Below are positions 12,446 through 26,580 of a DNA stretch of 64,000 nt, in pieces (position 1 is the first letter of the stretch; each line of letters opens with the position of its first letter). The notes beneath the pieces were generated by a model. It saw only the letters and a list, made by a program, of their open reading frames with translations. It made no database searches and was not told where the DNA came from. Source of the DNA: Vermamoeba vermiformis (taxonomy: Eukaryota); assembly GCA_045837725.1 (NCBI GenBank), contig JBEWZL010000084.1, forward strand, positions 434,001 to 498,000, given 5' to 3'. The position numbers and the translations under genes are program-made.

Positions 12446-14102
12446 TTACAAATTGAGCAAAAAGACAAGACCCATGGCAAGTACGGTGCAGCCAAGGCGT
12501 GGAGCGTTCGATGTCTTGGAACTTTTTGGAGCGTTGGTTCCGACCGGCGCCATTGTAACGCCTGGAGCAGCCACTGGCGCAGAGACTGGTGGAAGTACGC
12601 ACGTGAAACCATCCCCTTCGTAACCCTGATTGCAGGTGCAGGTTGGACTCACTTGTCCGACGTTCTCTGAGCAGGTAGCGTATTCAGAGCACGGATTGTA
12701 TATTTGGCTGCACTGCGGGAAGTCCATCACGTACACGCCATAGCTGCTATCTGCAATGATCCAAAGACTGCCTGGCGAAAAGGTGCGAGTGAACATAGTG
12801 GAGCCAGGAGTTGTCGAAGAATCGGGTTGGTACAACACATTTGCCACTGCAGAACTTGCACTAGAATCGTTGTAGTACGCCCATTTCTGCGATGTAATGT
12901 TGTACAGCCACAGGTAGGGGCCACCGCCTTGATTTGAGTACGAGACCCACAGCGCCAAGATGTTGTTGCCTGCGTACGTCATTGAGCTGTATGCCGCGCA
13001 GTCTGGTCGATGCTCTGCTGAGAAGACACCAGGGGGCAGAGTGCTCACAGTTGCAGTACAGCCAGTTGAGATGTTTTTGTTGCCGCTAATGTACTGCCAG
13101 CCAGACGAGCGGTTAAACATCCAAAGGTCATCAAAGAACTCGCCTCCGTAGAGCCTAAACAGTAAGTGTCAGTGCTGTATTCAAGTGGATTGTTCGTTAA
13201 TTTTACCAAAGATTGTAATTCGCGTCCACGGCTGAGAACGCGCCCCAACGTTGACTTGGCGTCACTTCAAATGCATTCGAGAAGGTCGGCTCGTCAGTCG
13301 AGATTGGTTCTGACAGTCCTGCTACAAAGGCCCACTTCTTCGAGGTAACGTTGTATCGCCACAGATCGGGAAGTTTGGGTCTTCCGTAAGAGTCGTTGTG
13401 ACCGCCAAATAGCCAAAGCGAGTTATCATCAGGCGTGTACCAATAAGCAGAGCCTCGTCGACATCCAGGATAGTTTGCCGCGTTTTCAACTCCTTTTTCA
13501 GTGGAACTCAATGAGCCGTCTCCAACAGTTAGCTCCGTCCAAGTCTGGGAGCCAGGCGAGAACTTCCAAAAGTCGCACTTGTATAATCCTCCGTAGATGT
13601 AAACGTTATCGTCTTTGTCGATCCACATCACATTGTCGGAGTGCGCTGAAGGCCCTGCAGAGTCACCTTCAATCCAAGCTAGAGTCCAATTTCGAGCGTT
13701 ACGATCAAAGTAGCGCAAAAAAGGAGAAGTGGCACAATCACCTAATTTTGGGCACTGTCAGGCCTAGATCAAACAAAGTATGTAAAGAACCTTTTTTTTC
13801 TTCAACGCCAACCAGTGATCATTGAAAAGGTAGTGTAAAATTATTTTACGAAATTGTTGGATTAAATCGTCTAATTTACGGTTAAACTTAAATTTAAATT
13901 TGCTCGAGCACCGCTGTAACTTGCCTCTTCCGGTAAATTGCCAAGCTCTTCCCTGCGAATCAGTTGCTAGGGAAAGGAGATCATAATTAGACGTTACGTG
14001 AGGGTCACAGCCTGCAGTGTCACCAGCCGGGAAATAAGCTGTCCACTGCTCCGCTGAGGCGGCCAAAACAGCTAATAGCACTAATATGGTGGAAGCTTTC
14101 AT
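12446..14102 (-). CDS. Secreted/GPI-anchored Kelch-repeat beta-propeller protein with an EGF domain
   Basis: Signal peptide MKASTILVLLAVLAASA, Kelch repeats (VYIYGG..DFWKF, LWLFGG..DLWRY), EGF CSEYATC..CTCNQGYEGDGFTC, an APV-rich stalk and a hydrophobic C-terminus. Confidence 0.85.
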
Positions 14103-14726
14103 GTTGGGGAAGTAGTTAAAATACAACAACGGTCACGTAAACGCCGGGACGCACGTGCCACATTTTAAAATTTATAAAAGCAAACTTTAAAAACCGGTGA
14201 ATACTAAGCCGTAATCACATCGCTCTTGAATTCCCATTCGTAATTGAAGAACTCCGCCGTCAGATTTAGTCTTGACAAGGAGATCCGCATTGTCTGTCCT
14301 CCTGACCGTACGGGAGTCCTCGTCGTTTAACATAATCTTTCCACGGTCATGTGGTATTGAACACGTATCTTATCTTGCGCGCATCTAAATCTCGATCTCC
14401 TTCAATAACTTCTCCATTTTTCCGGCCTGGATCGGGCTTCGGGGTGCATTTCATCAAATTTGTGCACGTAGATGCTCGATATGGTAAGCGTCACGTCTCC
14501 GGAACCCAAGTGACATCTGTTCAATTGCACTTCGTGTTGCTGCAGGGATACGACTCTTCATTCTTCTTCTATTCAGTCGATCCGACGGCCACTAAATAAT
14601 TGCTTCAGTTCTGATTCTAAAAGCTCGGGTTAATATTGTCTTTACACGGAACTTAGGTTCGGACAATATTATTATTGGTATTGAGCCATTTATTTACACT
14701 ATCAGCTGTCGATGCTCTGTTTGACG

Positions 14727-15816
14727 TCAAACAGTTTGATTTACCATATTGGGATAAGGCGGGGGACTGATGCCATTCATTTGAGGGTTCGGCGCGTTAT
14801 TATTATTGGGCATGTACGGTTGTTTGGGAGGCATGCGTGGGACATTCTGCTGCATATTTGGAGGTGGTCTGTTGTAATTACCGTATTTGGGTTGCTGTCC
14901 AGGAGGCACACGCGCATTATATTTGGGTGGGGCACCGCCAGAAGGAGGAGGTCTGTTCATCATGCCACCACTGCTATTATTATTTACAGCTCCTGCCTCC
15001 ATTAATATGTCGTGTCGTGGTGCGTTCAAGTCTTCAGTAGTGCCTAATAATGCGTCAATAACATATTGCAGCGATCTCTTTTACATTACATGTACTTACC
15101 ATTGGGAGGCAAGCCCTTCTCGGTCAACAAAGTATTGACGTGATTGATGTCGCCCAATGAATTGCCCATGTAATTGCCGAACAAGCGAAGTGCGCGCTTC
15201 AACCCGTCACTGACTGCCGTCTGGATCATTGGACGTTAATAAAACTATCCTCGTTAAGTGGTGTTTTCAGTGCTACCTTCTTGGAGTTCTCAATCGACAG
15301 AGCCATCGACGCTCCTTTGTGCACACCGTAGCCAACGTCCTCGTGATAAGTGCCGTCTTTGAGTTGAATTCTCACGACTGCCGTGCAGCCACAGCGAAAT
15401 TTGCCATCGACTTCCTCGAGCTGTCCAAGATCCAAGTTAACGAAAGTTAATAGCGTTTGTTAAACTTACGAAGTCTTGTTGAAGGCTTACTACCGAGGAA
15501 GACCATCCATTAGGTCCAAATATTTCATTGGCCATACGAATAGCATCGCCAGTGGCAACGTAAGCGACTTTTTCTGGTAAAATAATGCCAAAATTAATAT
15601 CGTGAAAATAATAAATTTATATTGTCGCCATCCAAAATTAGTAATATTCTGCGAAATATTAATTTAATTATTTACAGTAATTTGCATACTTCCCGCCGGC
15701 CCATCTCGAACTTGAACCTCTTCTTTGCCCAGCTTTTTTTCTAACAATCTTTGAATGGTCGATTTTTCGCTGAGATTGAATTTAGAATTGCCGAACTGGT
15801 TCTCATCTGGCTGCAT
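14727..15816 (-). CDS. RAD52: DNA repair/recombination protein Rad52/Rad22 family
   Basis: LLEKKLGKEEVQVRDGPAG|..KVAYV..ANEIFGPNGWSS|..VVRIQLKDGTYHEDVGYG..SKK|TAVSDGLKRALRLFGN, plus a P/N-rich tail. The 3' end is uncertain. Confidence 0.93.
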
Positions 15817-16012
15817 CTTGGATTGGATTCTGAGAATTGATCGTGACAATGCCGTTAAAAAGGTCTATGCGCCTATAGTTACAACTACTAGGCGTTTGTA
15901 AGGTGCCAATGAATTAAAATAGTGATCTTTTGTGGTTTCACGTGTGCCAGGCACTTTGGAAATGAAACAACAAAATTTTCATTTTAATCACAGTGCGTGA
16001 ATGAAAGCCGCA

Positions 16013-17051
16013 ATGGGACAATTCTTTTCTTTTCTGTTTGGCGGCGGAGAAGGCAATAATAAAAATCAAAATGCTATTAGTGCCCAGGATCGAGCAATTC
16101 TCGATCTTAAAGCTCAACGTGACAAACTCAAGCTTTATTCGCGCAAGGTAATAATATTATTTTATTAAATTAGAATCTTAATTCATAAGCATATTTACGG
16201 TATTAATTATCGCTGATGACTAATTTATTAATTTTTTTCTTTTTTTCAATTTCAGCTTGAAGCTGTTTTGGACAAGGAGAAAGAAGCAGCTGTGAAATTA
16301 TTGCATGAAGGACAGAGACATAAAGCATTGTTATGCTTACGGAAGAAGAAATATCAAGAGCAACTCCTTGAAAAAACCACCGTCCAATTAGCAAATCTGC
16401 AACAAATGGTAAAACGTCTTTTGTCGTTTATTACTGATATTAATGCCAGCGATAGGTTGACACCGTTGAATTTGCGGTTGTTGAAAAGAAAGTATTCGAC
16501 GGTCTTAAGACGGGCAATGAAGTCCTCAAACAAATCCAAAAGGAAATGTCGATCGAGGCCGTAGAAGAGCTCATGGCCGACACCAAAGAAGCTATCGAAT
16601 ATCAAGAAGTACGCGCATGTTAACTATCAACCAATGTAATCTAACTTCACTTATCTTACAAGGAAGTGGATTCGATGCTTTCATCGCAGCTGACAGACTT
16701 AGAAGAGGAAGATATTCTCGAAGAGCTTGAACGCCTAGGCTCCGAAGAACCCGATAAAATTAAAATACCCACCTCTGTCACTGAGGCTACCACACGAGCT
16801 CGTGCAGAGAAGCAAGAGAAAATTGCGGCGGAAGCCAACAAAGACAAGATCGGTGTCACCGAGACAATCATCGTGGAGAAGAAAGTGCTCGAAGATGATG
16901 ATCTTGAAGCTGAGTGGGAGTCGATGAATGTTCCTCAGCCCGCTAAAGCTAAACCTAAGCGTAAGTTGATTGTCCAGCAAGTGCGCGCCATCTGACTAAT
17001 TTTCTATTGACAGCTCAAAAAGAACACAAAATCGCAGAACCAGCGATGTGA
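16013..17051 (+). CDS. VPS20: ESCRT-III subunit Vps20/CHMP6 (Snf7 family)
   Basis: Myristoylatable MGQFFSF.., QDRAILDLKAQRDKLK, ALLCLRKKKYQEQLLEKT and EEEDILEELERL. Confidence 0.92.
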
Positions 17052-17240
17052 ACGCGTGTAAATAGTGGTTGAAGATAGGACTCAATGTAAATAGCGAAGG
17101 TAATAATGTACAAATAAATTATTTTTTAATGTTTTTTTACTTCCGAATATTTACTATAGCACAAAATTAAAGCCCAGAAGCGCTACCGACCCACTCGTAT
17201 TAAGAGAGGGACATGTAGTGCACGAGGCAAGTGAATCAGC

Positions 17241-18135
<895 letters not shown>

Positions 18136-18579
18136 TTTGATGTGTTGTGTGTATTGTGTTTAAAATAAAGTGAAAATAACGAGCCAAAAACTTCTGTTTT
18201 ATGTCGCAGCATTTAAAAATTGCTTGGAAAAAACGCGGGCAAGAGAAGTTCAACGGTAACCTGCCGCGCCAAAACGTCTATTTTGAATTGTCATGCAACG
18301 GCTAGCGCCTACTCGTGTCAATTCATGCCACAGATGATTAAATGTTATCAACCCTCCACGCCATCTGATCGGATCACGACAAAGGTTGGTTTGCCTTTGA
18401 TGTTGATGTTTCTTCGATGTCAATTCCATTTTATTGATTATAATATGTTTTATGCAAATATAAAGGAGGGCAGCTAAGCGACTTGATTGCATTTCGTCGA
18501 AATTCAATGAAGGCCGCCGGTTAAAAGATCGATTTTTATTGATTTATTATTTATTAAAATCGTGCGCGACATCCTCAAC

Positions 18580-20299
18580 ATGGCATTCTTGCAACAAATT
18601 TCGAATTTTAAGGCACAGTTGCGACCAACAGAGACAAAGGAACGAGTAAGTCAATCACAACATCCGCGCTAATTTTGTTAGCAGCCAGAAATTTATTTTA
18701 TTTTTCTAATGTGCGCATTTAAATAAGTTCGATGTTATCATCTCAGATCTTTAATTTAAATTTCTTTAGACGCTGCTCTCTGTTGTCTCCAAGTCCGCGG
18801 TTGATTCTTTAAATATTACCGATGGCAAGCCTCGAACAGTTCTTATTTTATCGCGCAATATGTATGGCTTTCACGATTGGCTCTCCAAAGACGTTGTCAA
18901 GGTGCTATTTACAACAACTAAAGTAGGCGAGCACATGACCCCTGGCATTAGAAAATTCTACAATCATGTCGAGTGCTTCGAGGTACGCATATCTACACTA
19001 ATAGCGCTTTAGTATTAACGTGGCACGCTTAGGATTACGAGCGAAGTCCGATGGTGGAACTGAAGGCTTTTGAATTCAACAAACAATACAACTTTACACA
19101 TGTACGTAGTACTGTTATAATAACAAGTCATAGTCTGATACTAAGTACTGCATAGGTTATTTCATTGACAGAAGAAGACACTATCAGAGCTGCGCACGTG
19201 CGTCACATGTTGGGCATCAAACACGGCCAGGACGTTGATAGCGCATTGCGGTTCAGAGACAAAGTGCTCATGAAAGAGCGATTGCAATCACGAGGGCTTG
19301 AAGTGCCGCCATTCAAAGCTGTCAATAACGCGGCAGATATAATCGAGTTTGTCACCGAGCACGGATTTCCCGTTGTCGTTAAGCCAAGGTAAGCACATCA
19401 ATGCCACAGCAGTGCGCGTTAATCTAATGCCTAAATAATAGACGCGGATATGGCTCGGTGAACACAACAGTACTGCGCTCATTCGCTGACCTCGAGGCAC
19501 TGTTCGCCAAGGGCTTTGGAGTCACAACAGGATTGGACCCGCAGTTGGACTTAGAGGTCGAGAAGTTCATTACAGGAGATTTCTATCACATTGACGGCCT
19601 CGTGCACAACAACAAGACAGTGTTCGTCTGGCCTTCGAAGTACACCAACACAGTCGTTGATTTCCAGAAGAATCGCTACATTGCTGGCTATTCATTGAGC
19701 CCTGAAAATCCTCTCACCAGCAGACTGCAGTCATTTATGAACGACTGTTTAATGGCATTAGAAGGTTCGGTATTTTTGTCATTTCTGTGCACCATTCTAA
19801 TATCGTTCTCGTAGGTCCATCGACTTATTCATTCCACGGCGAGGCGTGGCACACACCGGACGACAAGATCGTATTCTGTGAAGTTGCTAGTCGCACAGGA
19901 GGAGGCGAGATATTGGGCCAGATGATCGAGCTGTTCGACATTCACATCACCAAGGCCTTTTGTCAAGCACAGTGCGAGCACCCGTTCACGAACAAAGATA
20001 TCATTGAGGGAGGTCTAGACTGGCGCAGCAGAAAGCCTAAAGTCCCTCACATGGTTGGCTGGGTATTCGTCTACCCCACAATCGGAACACTGCAGAGCAT
20101 ACCTGATCAGTGCGACGAAGAATACGTGGTCGATTATTTCAAAGTCGGTCAGCCAGGACAGGTCTACAAGTCACGCAAAGACTGCGCGGACACTGTGGGA
20201 AGTTTCATCGTCAAAGGCAGCACTGAAGAAGAGGTGGCACAGAACATTGAACTCGCTTATCAGTGGTTTGAAGGCCACACTTTTTGGGACACTGCTTAG
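18580..20299 (+). CDS. ATP-grasp carboxylate-amine ligase (bacterial NikS/L-amino-acid-ligase-like) with a short N-terminal WH2-like segment
   Basis: SALRFRDKVLMKERL, GFPVVVKPR|RGYGS, VEKFITGDFYHIDGLV, FHGEAW..IVFCEVASRTGG. The first exon is MAFLQQISNFKAQLRPTETKER. Confidence 0.85.
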
Positions 20300-20386
20300 C
20301 TCATGTAAATACACCCGTTCATACACTTAACTCTGTGTGCACTCGAGACCATGCACGTGATTTAATTACTATAATACAATTGTCAC

Positions 20387-22155
20387 CTAAGCGGTCTCAT
20401 CCATTGGCTCATTGCCAAGATTCGACGCATCAACACTCGAGGCACGCGGTGAAGTCGTGTTCAGGTGCGTCGATGAGTTGCCCTTGGCTATCTTGGCACC
20501 CTTGTCGCTCGTCTTCTTCGAGGTTGGTTCAGTGAAGAGGTAGATGCGAGCCCAGGAGTCGAGCATGATCATCAAGTAGATGAACACTGAGGCGATGAAC
20601 TGCGGTACTGGCACTGTGGCTATTTGTGGCGCAATGAACACGATGACTGGCACCAATGAAGTCACGCGCACGACACCATTGATGACGATCTTCTTATTGA
20701 CCTAAAGTATGGTCAGATTCGTCACGTGGTTGATTTGGTACTTGCCTTTTTCACTGTGTCCGCGGTATTCTGGCGCAAGTTGGTTGAGAATTTGATTCGT
20801 TTGATGATTTTGACCAGCGTTACAATGTAGAAAATTAAGAATGCGAGAGATACGATGAGATAAATGATGATAAGTGGGGTCGTGATTGACAGTGCCAGTA
20901 CGTAGCCGAGAATAGTGACCAATAAGATGACTAGAATAAGGCCAATGGTAAATGCGAAGAAATAGGGCTGAAGTCGGTGTAAAAATGGATATACTTTGAT
21001 GTCAGCCACGGTCATTACTTCGTACCTACAGGAAGTAAGCATTTAGACTTCCATAAATGGATAATTCCGCAAAACTGTATCTTGCGATATGTTCTTTAGT
21101 ACATACCAGTAGAATGTAATTAATATGAATGTTCCTACTTCGTAAGGAAAACTGATTGTCGTAAAGAAGCTCATTGCGGTTCCGAATACTCCAAAGCACC
21201 CAAACGGATCAACTGCGAAATAAACAATTCGCCCTAAGAAAAACAAGGTTGGAATGTGGGTAAGATGATTAATATAATCTTCGCAGCTCTTTTCGACGGT
21301 GTATTCCGGATCTAATTTTAGACTTACATAGATTGCCGATGATTTCAAGCGCCAAACAGACTTGCGACACGTTGAATTGCGGTCCTCTGAACTTGATGAA
21401 CAAGATCAACTTGTACAGCGCATAACCTATCAATCCTGTTGCTATACAAGTGAATGCTACCCGAAACACCAAAATAACTGCAATGCTACCGAGGAAGTTC
21501 CATTCATTTCCTATGAGAAATGTTAATTCATCGTGTATTATTATATGTAGTTCTACCTTCTGAGGTTAAAGTGGCTTCAACAACAGTTCCATTCAGTATT
21601 TCCGACAATAAAGGTTGCAGATCGTTTTGCGAAACTTCTGCAACAGGAATGGTTATCTGTCCAGCAGGTTCTGCAGCTGTTAATGCACATCCGTACTGTC
21701 CTGCAACCACTGAGATAAAAGTTAAGTTCGAAGGATCTTAGTTGATCGCAATTACAAATTGTAAAATCTCTGTACTTACAAGATTGAGTTCCATAAAGAA
21801 CGGCGACTGCTCCTGCATCTTGTATCTTCTTCATTTCGGTAAGCCATTCGTTTAATCCAATAAATTGTTGAAAGACGATCTTGCCTTTGAGATCTGAGTT
21901 TGAAGAATCCACTACTATCGCTGTAACTGGCGAGAATATGGAGCTCCAGTCATCACCTAAATAATAGGATATTACTTAGTTGTGTCTCGATATTTCAAAA
22001 GCAAATTCGGGTAGTATCCAATTCCTACCTTTCCAATAATATTGTCCTGTTGTAAATGATGCACCGACATTTGTTCCGTTATTAATTGTTAGCCTAGCAA
22101 GAGACAAGCCACAAAACAGTACCAAGAAGATTACTTTCAGCACAGAATCTTGCAT
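20387..22155 (-). CDS. Signal peptide + PA domain + seven-transmembrane protein, paralog 1
   Basis: PA motifs DLKGKIVF..IQDAGAVAVLY..ITIPVAEVS. Seven hydrophobic segments after splicing, including RIVYFAVDP and FILITFYW|YE (TOM1/GPR137-like). Confidence 0.75.
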
Positions 22156-22531
22156 CTGGATATTCCCACTTTAGAAGAAGGTGAATAGTAATCAGTTTCT
22201 AGCCCCTGTTCGCAGTGCTCATTTGATTTCAGAAAATGCAACAATAAGAGCCGAAAGTAAGCAAGAATAAGTGATTTTTTTGCGTGTTTGACGCTATCAT
22301 GACAGATGTCACCAAGTTATTCCATGGCATGCGATTCGAAAGATTATTTTGCCTTTAAATTAATCTAAATAATACCAATTTATTGCAATGTTATTTATTA
22401 AGCAATATTATTCTATTTTACAACATAATTTTTATCGTACAAATTTGGATCCTGGCACCTCGTAAAAATTAATTACTACGAGCCCCGGCATTAATATCAA
22501 AAGGAAAGGTCTTATAATACATACGATATGC

Positions 22532-24685
22532 TTATACTTGCACATTTGTAGCCTCATTATCGATTTTGATGTTCCTCGGCGATGACATGCTGAGCACATT
22601 GGTCGTGGTTTGGATTCGTTTTTTCTTCGACGGCTCTTTAAACAAATAGATACGTGACCATGAATCGAGCATAATAAGCGCGTATATGAACACTGAGGCG
22701 ATGTATTGCGGCACGGGCACTGTAGCGATGTCTGGTGCCACGAACACGATGACTGGCACTAGCGATATGACACGAATGACACCGTTGAGAATAATCTTCT
22801 TGTTGACCTGGGCGCATGAAATATTATTAATAACTACTGATGTTGACAGACTTTAGGTCCCTCGGTTGCTCTAGATCCAGAGCACACAAAAAGAATTCGG
22901 AGCTGTGGATGAAATTATCTGTAGAGACGTTCGTACCTGTTCCACAGTGACGGTTTTGCTTGCGCGCAAGTTAGTTGAAGTTTTGATCTGTTTGATGATC
23001 TTGAGCAGCGTGACAATATAAAAGATCAAAAAGCCGAGTGACACCACGACGTAGATGATGATAATCGGGGTCGTGATTGAAAATGCTAGAACGAGGCCGA
23101 GAATAGTGACCAATAATATGACGAGAATGAAGCCGATGGTGAAGGTGAAAAAGAATGGCTTGGATCTGTGCAAAAACGTGTAGACCTTGATGTTGGCATT
23201 GGTCATCACCTCGTACCTGAAAGCAAAAGTTAAATATAGACCTTAAGGAACATCATATCTCGCGTCAGCAAGATTTGAGCATTAAGTAGGCTAAATTAAT
23301 TAACCTGTAGATTATTACGCAATGAATTAACGACAAAAATATCTCGCTAAAAATAGCTCTGCGATGATTCACAATTTGATTTTAAGTTAACTTCTCGAAA
23401 TTATACAGCACTCTTATATTACTTACCAATAAAATGTGATCAATACAAATGTAGCTACTTCGTATGGAAAACTAACGGTCGTGAAAAAACTGTTGATGAT
23501 GCCGTAGCTGCCAAAGCATGCGAACGGATCTACTGCAAAGTACGCGATTCGCCCTGCAAAATAAATCAGTTTAACACATCAGCGTATTTAGGGAGCGTAA
23601 ATGTGGGAAGGATGTCAAATCATCACTTTTGTATCGCTAATTCTCCGGAAATTAAACTCATTCGCAAGCTAATTATAGCACTTACACAAATTAGCGATGA
23701 TTTCAAGCGCCAAACAGACTTGCGACACGTTGAATTGCGGTCCTCTGAACTTGATGAACAAGACCATCTTGTACAGCGCATAGCCGATCAATCCTGAGGC
23801 CGCGCAAGTGAATATAACTCTGAACACGATGATGACTGGCAGGCCCGCTAAGAAGTTCCATTCATTGCCTAGTTGAACGACATTAGCAAGCTGTTAATTA
23901 TACAAATCGGAGTTTTGTGCTCTAGATCTCGGTACTGCAGCACGATGCATGTTGATATGATTGTAAAGCCGCGACATACCTTCAGAGGTCAATGTAGCCT
24001 CGATGACTTGTCCTGCAAGTAGTGCGTTACGGATCGCATCGAATTCGTTTTGTGAAATCTCCGCGACGGGGATGAGGATCTGTCCTGTTGGCTCGGCTGA
24101 GGTCAGTGCGCAGCCATATTGACCGGGGACCACTAACAAGAATATAGATTAATTGGGGAAAAGTTTATGATTCCGTTAAAATGCCAATTATAGGAGTTGG
24201 TATCGGCGTGCAGGACACATCCGAACCAGAGCCGGACTAGCATGCTTACGAGATGTGGTTCCATATAATATCGCGATGGCACCTTGTTCTTGCAAGTATT
24301 TGACTTGCTGCAACCAATCTCTGAAGCCTAAGTATGGTTGAAACACGATCTTGCCTGCCAAATCCGACATCGAGGATTCAGCAAGTTGCGCTGTGAGCGG
24401 ATCAAAAGTCGAGTCCAAGTCATCACCTATGATTAGGATTAGCAAAGCTACCAGATTTAAAAATTTGATTCTTTTGGATCTGGACTAAAAAGAAGCCTGC
24501 GTTCGGTATATTGATCGGTTTCATCAAGTCTACGCACCCTTCCAATAATACTGGCCCGTGCGCAAGGTCACATTAACGAACTCTCCGCTGTTGATGTGCA
24601 GCATAGCCGTGCTACTTGCGATGCACAAACTAGTGACCAACAACAACACCAACTTGATGCTATTGTTCGCGGCCATATTAGCCAT
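22532..24685 (-). CDS. Signal peptide + PA domain + seven-transmembrane protein, paralog 2
   Basis: Same exon structure and motifs as paralog 1 (GQYYWK|GDD, DLAGKIVF..LQEQGAIAILY, ILIPVAEIS, IATVPVPQYIASVFIY..LDSWSRIYLF). Confidence 0.75.
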
Positions 24686-25028
24686 ATGTTGCGTCACCGT
24701 GGATAAATTTAAATATAATTAAACGAGCTGCTATTTTCGTTTTTGTTCTTGTCGGTATCTTCCCGCAATGTCAAATGTCATCAATCCGAGATCACAATCC
24801 AATCCAGGAGTTGTTCCGCCGATGACTGCAATTTAGAAAATTACGTTAATAAAGTCATAAAACACGTGGTCAGATACCGCATTTTAACAAAATCTTACAG
24901 AGCCGCGCGGATACCAAGAGCCAACTAGCTAGTTGTTTCGACCAGATTGCATCGGTCAAATCCATTTTCCTAGTCGGCCAATAACGTTTGGATTGATCCA
25001 GCAGTCATCATAGTACCAACCTATTCTA

Positions 25029-26129
25029 TTAAGACAGTAACTCCTCGCCATCGATGCGCAGTTGCAGTAGTCGGGGCAATTGTTCAGCGAGTTCGGCAGC
25101 AGTCTCAGTGGTGATCACGTGTTGAAGCTCCAATCGTGTCAAGTGTTGTAGTGCTGCGAATGGTGCAATGTCATCGGCGTCAAAGTAATGTGACTCGAGG
25201 AACCAACGCAGAGCCATGTGCAGCGATTGGAGATTGGTCAGTTGGGCCACACGTTCAAAGCTCTCGCTGTCGATTGCGAGGCCAATTGTCGCCATATCTA
25301 AATGTGTCAAGCGCGTCAATGACTCGAGTACGACAGTTGGATCACGTGCGTTGATGCTGAACGAGAGACTTTCCAAATTTGTCAACAGATGGATGTCAAA
25401 CGTAGCAATGTTGTGCACGACACCGAGCTCGAGCTGTTGTAACTTTGAAAGTGACGCCAGCGAGTCATCTTGAATCACGTGCATGTTCACAATCAGGGCA
25501 CGCAAGTTGGTCAGTTGGCGCAGTGTTTTGATGCAGTCAAAGGGCGGGGTCTCGTCTATTTTCAACCACGTCAGTCGTTGCAAGTGTGCGAGCCAAGCGA
25601 ACTCCATGTCAGTCATGGAGAGTGTGGTGGCACCTGAAGGCATGCGCAGTCGTTGCAGCGCTGTGAATTGTGCGAGCAGTGGTAGATCTAGCAAGCGAGT
25701 TTGATACGCTGGAACGACTATTTCGAGACTACGGAGTTGTGTTATTATACTCGTTAGTGCTGGCAATGCTGTATTGATGTGAGAGATGTGTGGTGAGATG
25801 AGTTCAATGGATGTGAGTCGAGGGAAATGTTTGGAGAAGAGTTGGAGCTGATCTACCGATTTAATTTTGAGTCGAAATGCTGTGCAAAATTCCCATATTC
25901 TTATATGCGCCCATTTTGACACTTGCTGAAGCCTTTGGCGTGAGATCAGTCAAAGAAAATCATTATTTAATTTTTATATCGGTCTAAAGAAAGATATTTC
26001 AAGATTTATACACGGGGCCTCCATAATATCGATAAATACGTACGAGAAAAAATCAGCGAGTGCCGTCAAATGGTCCAGAATATAGATGAGGATTTCTTCA
26101 GGTAGTGAAGACAGGATACTTGTTTCCAT
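25029..26129 (-). CDS. F-box/leucine-rich-repeat protein
   Basis: First exon METSILSSLPEEILIYILDHL (F-box). The large exon carries LxxLxxLxL repeats. Confidence 0.85.
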
Positions 26130-26580
26130 TGAATTGCAAATGCATTATTTTTAACTAAACTATGTAACTTTTGCTTGAGTAGCTCATAATAAATATCGTT
26201 CGGTGGTGTTTTAGATCAAGGAATGGCATTACAAGCAGTTTTTAAATTCTACTGTTACGTAAGGCAAACCGTACTGAGCCCAGTCCTAATCCCAACACCT
26301 TGCCTCAATTGACCTTCCCTGCTCCTGACCGGTCTGATACGACTAAGGGCGTCATTGCAGCAAGTGGTTCTGCGCCGATCGAACAGCCTACGTTCTGGAT
26401 TGACTTTTTCATTTAAGAACGAGCTAACTAGCTACACTTTATTGCTGTCTTGTTGACGAACGGCTTGTGGTTCGTTACTTAGCCAGTTATAAAATTGTGA
26501 ATGCTTTTCTGTAAAGCTAAAAGAGCGCACTGTCGAGAGTCCACATTATTGGAACGCAGAATATCTTCGCTTGCCAACTT

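Noticed and set aside
26240-26430. GC-richer patch downstream of the small paralog A
   Set aside because: Only short frames without motifs and no clear RNA structure, so no feature is supportable.
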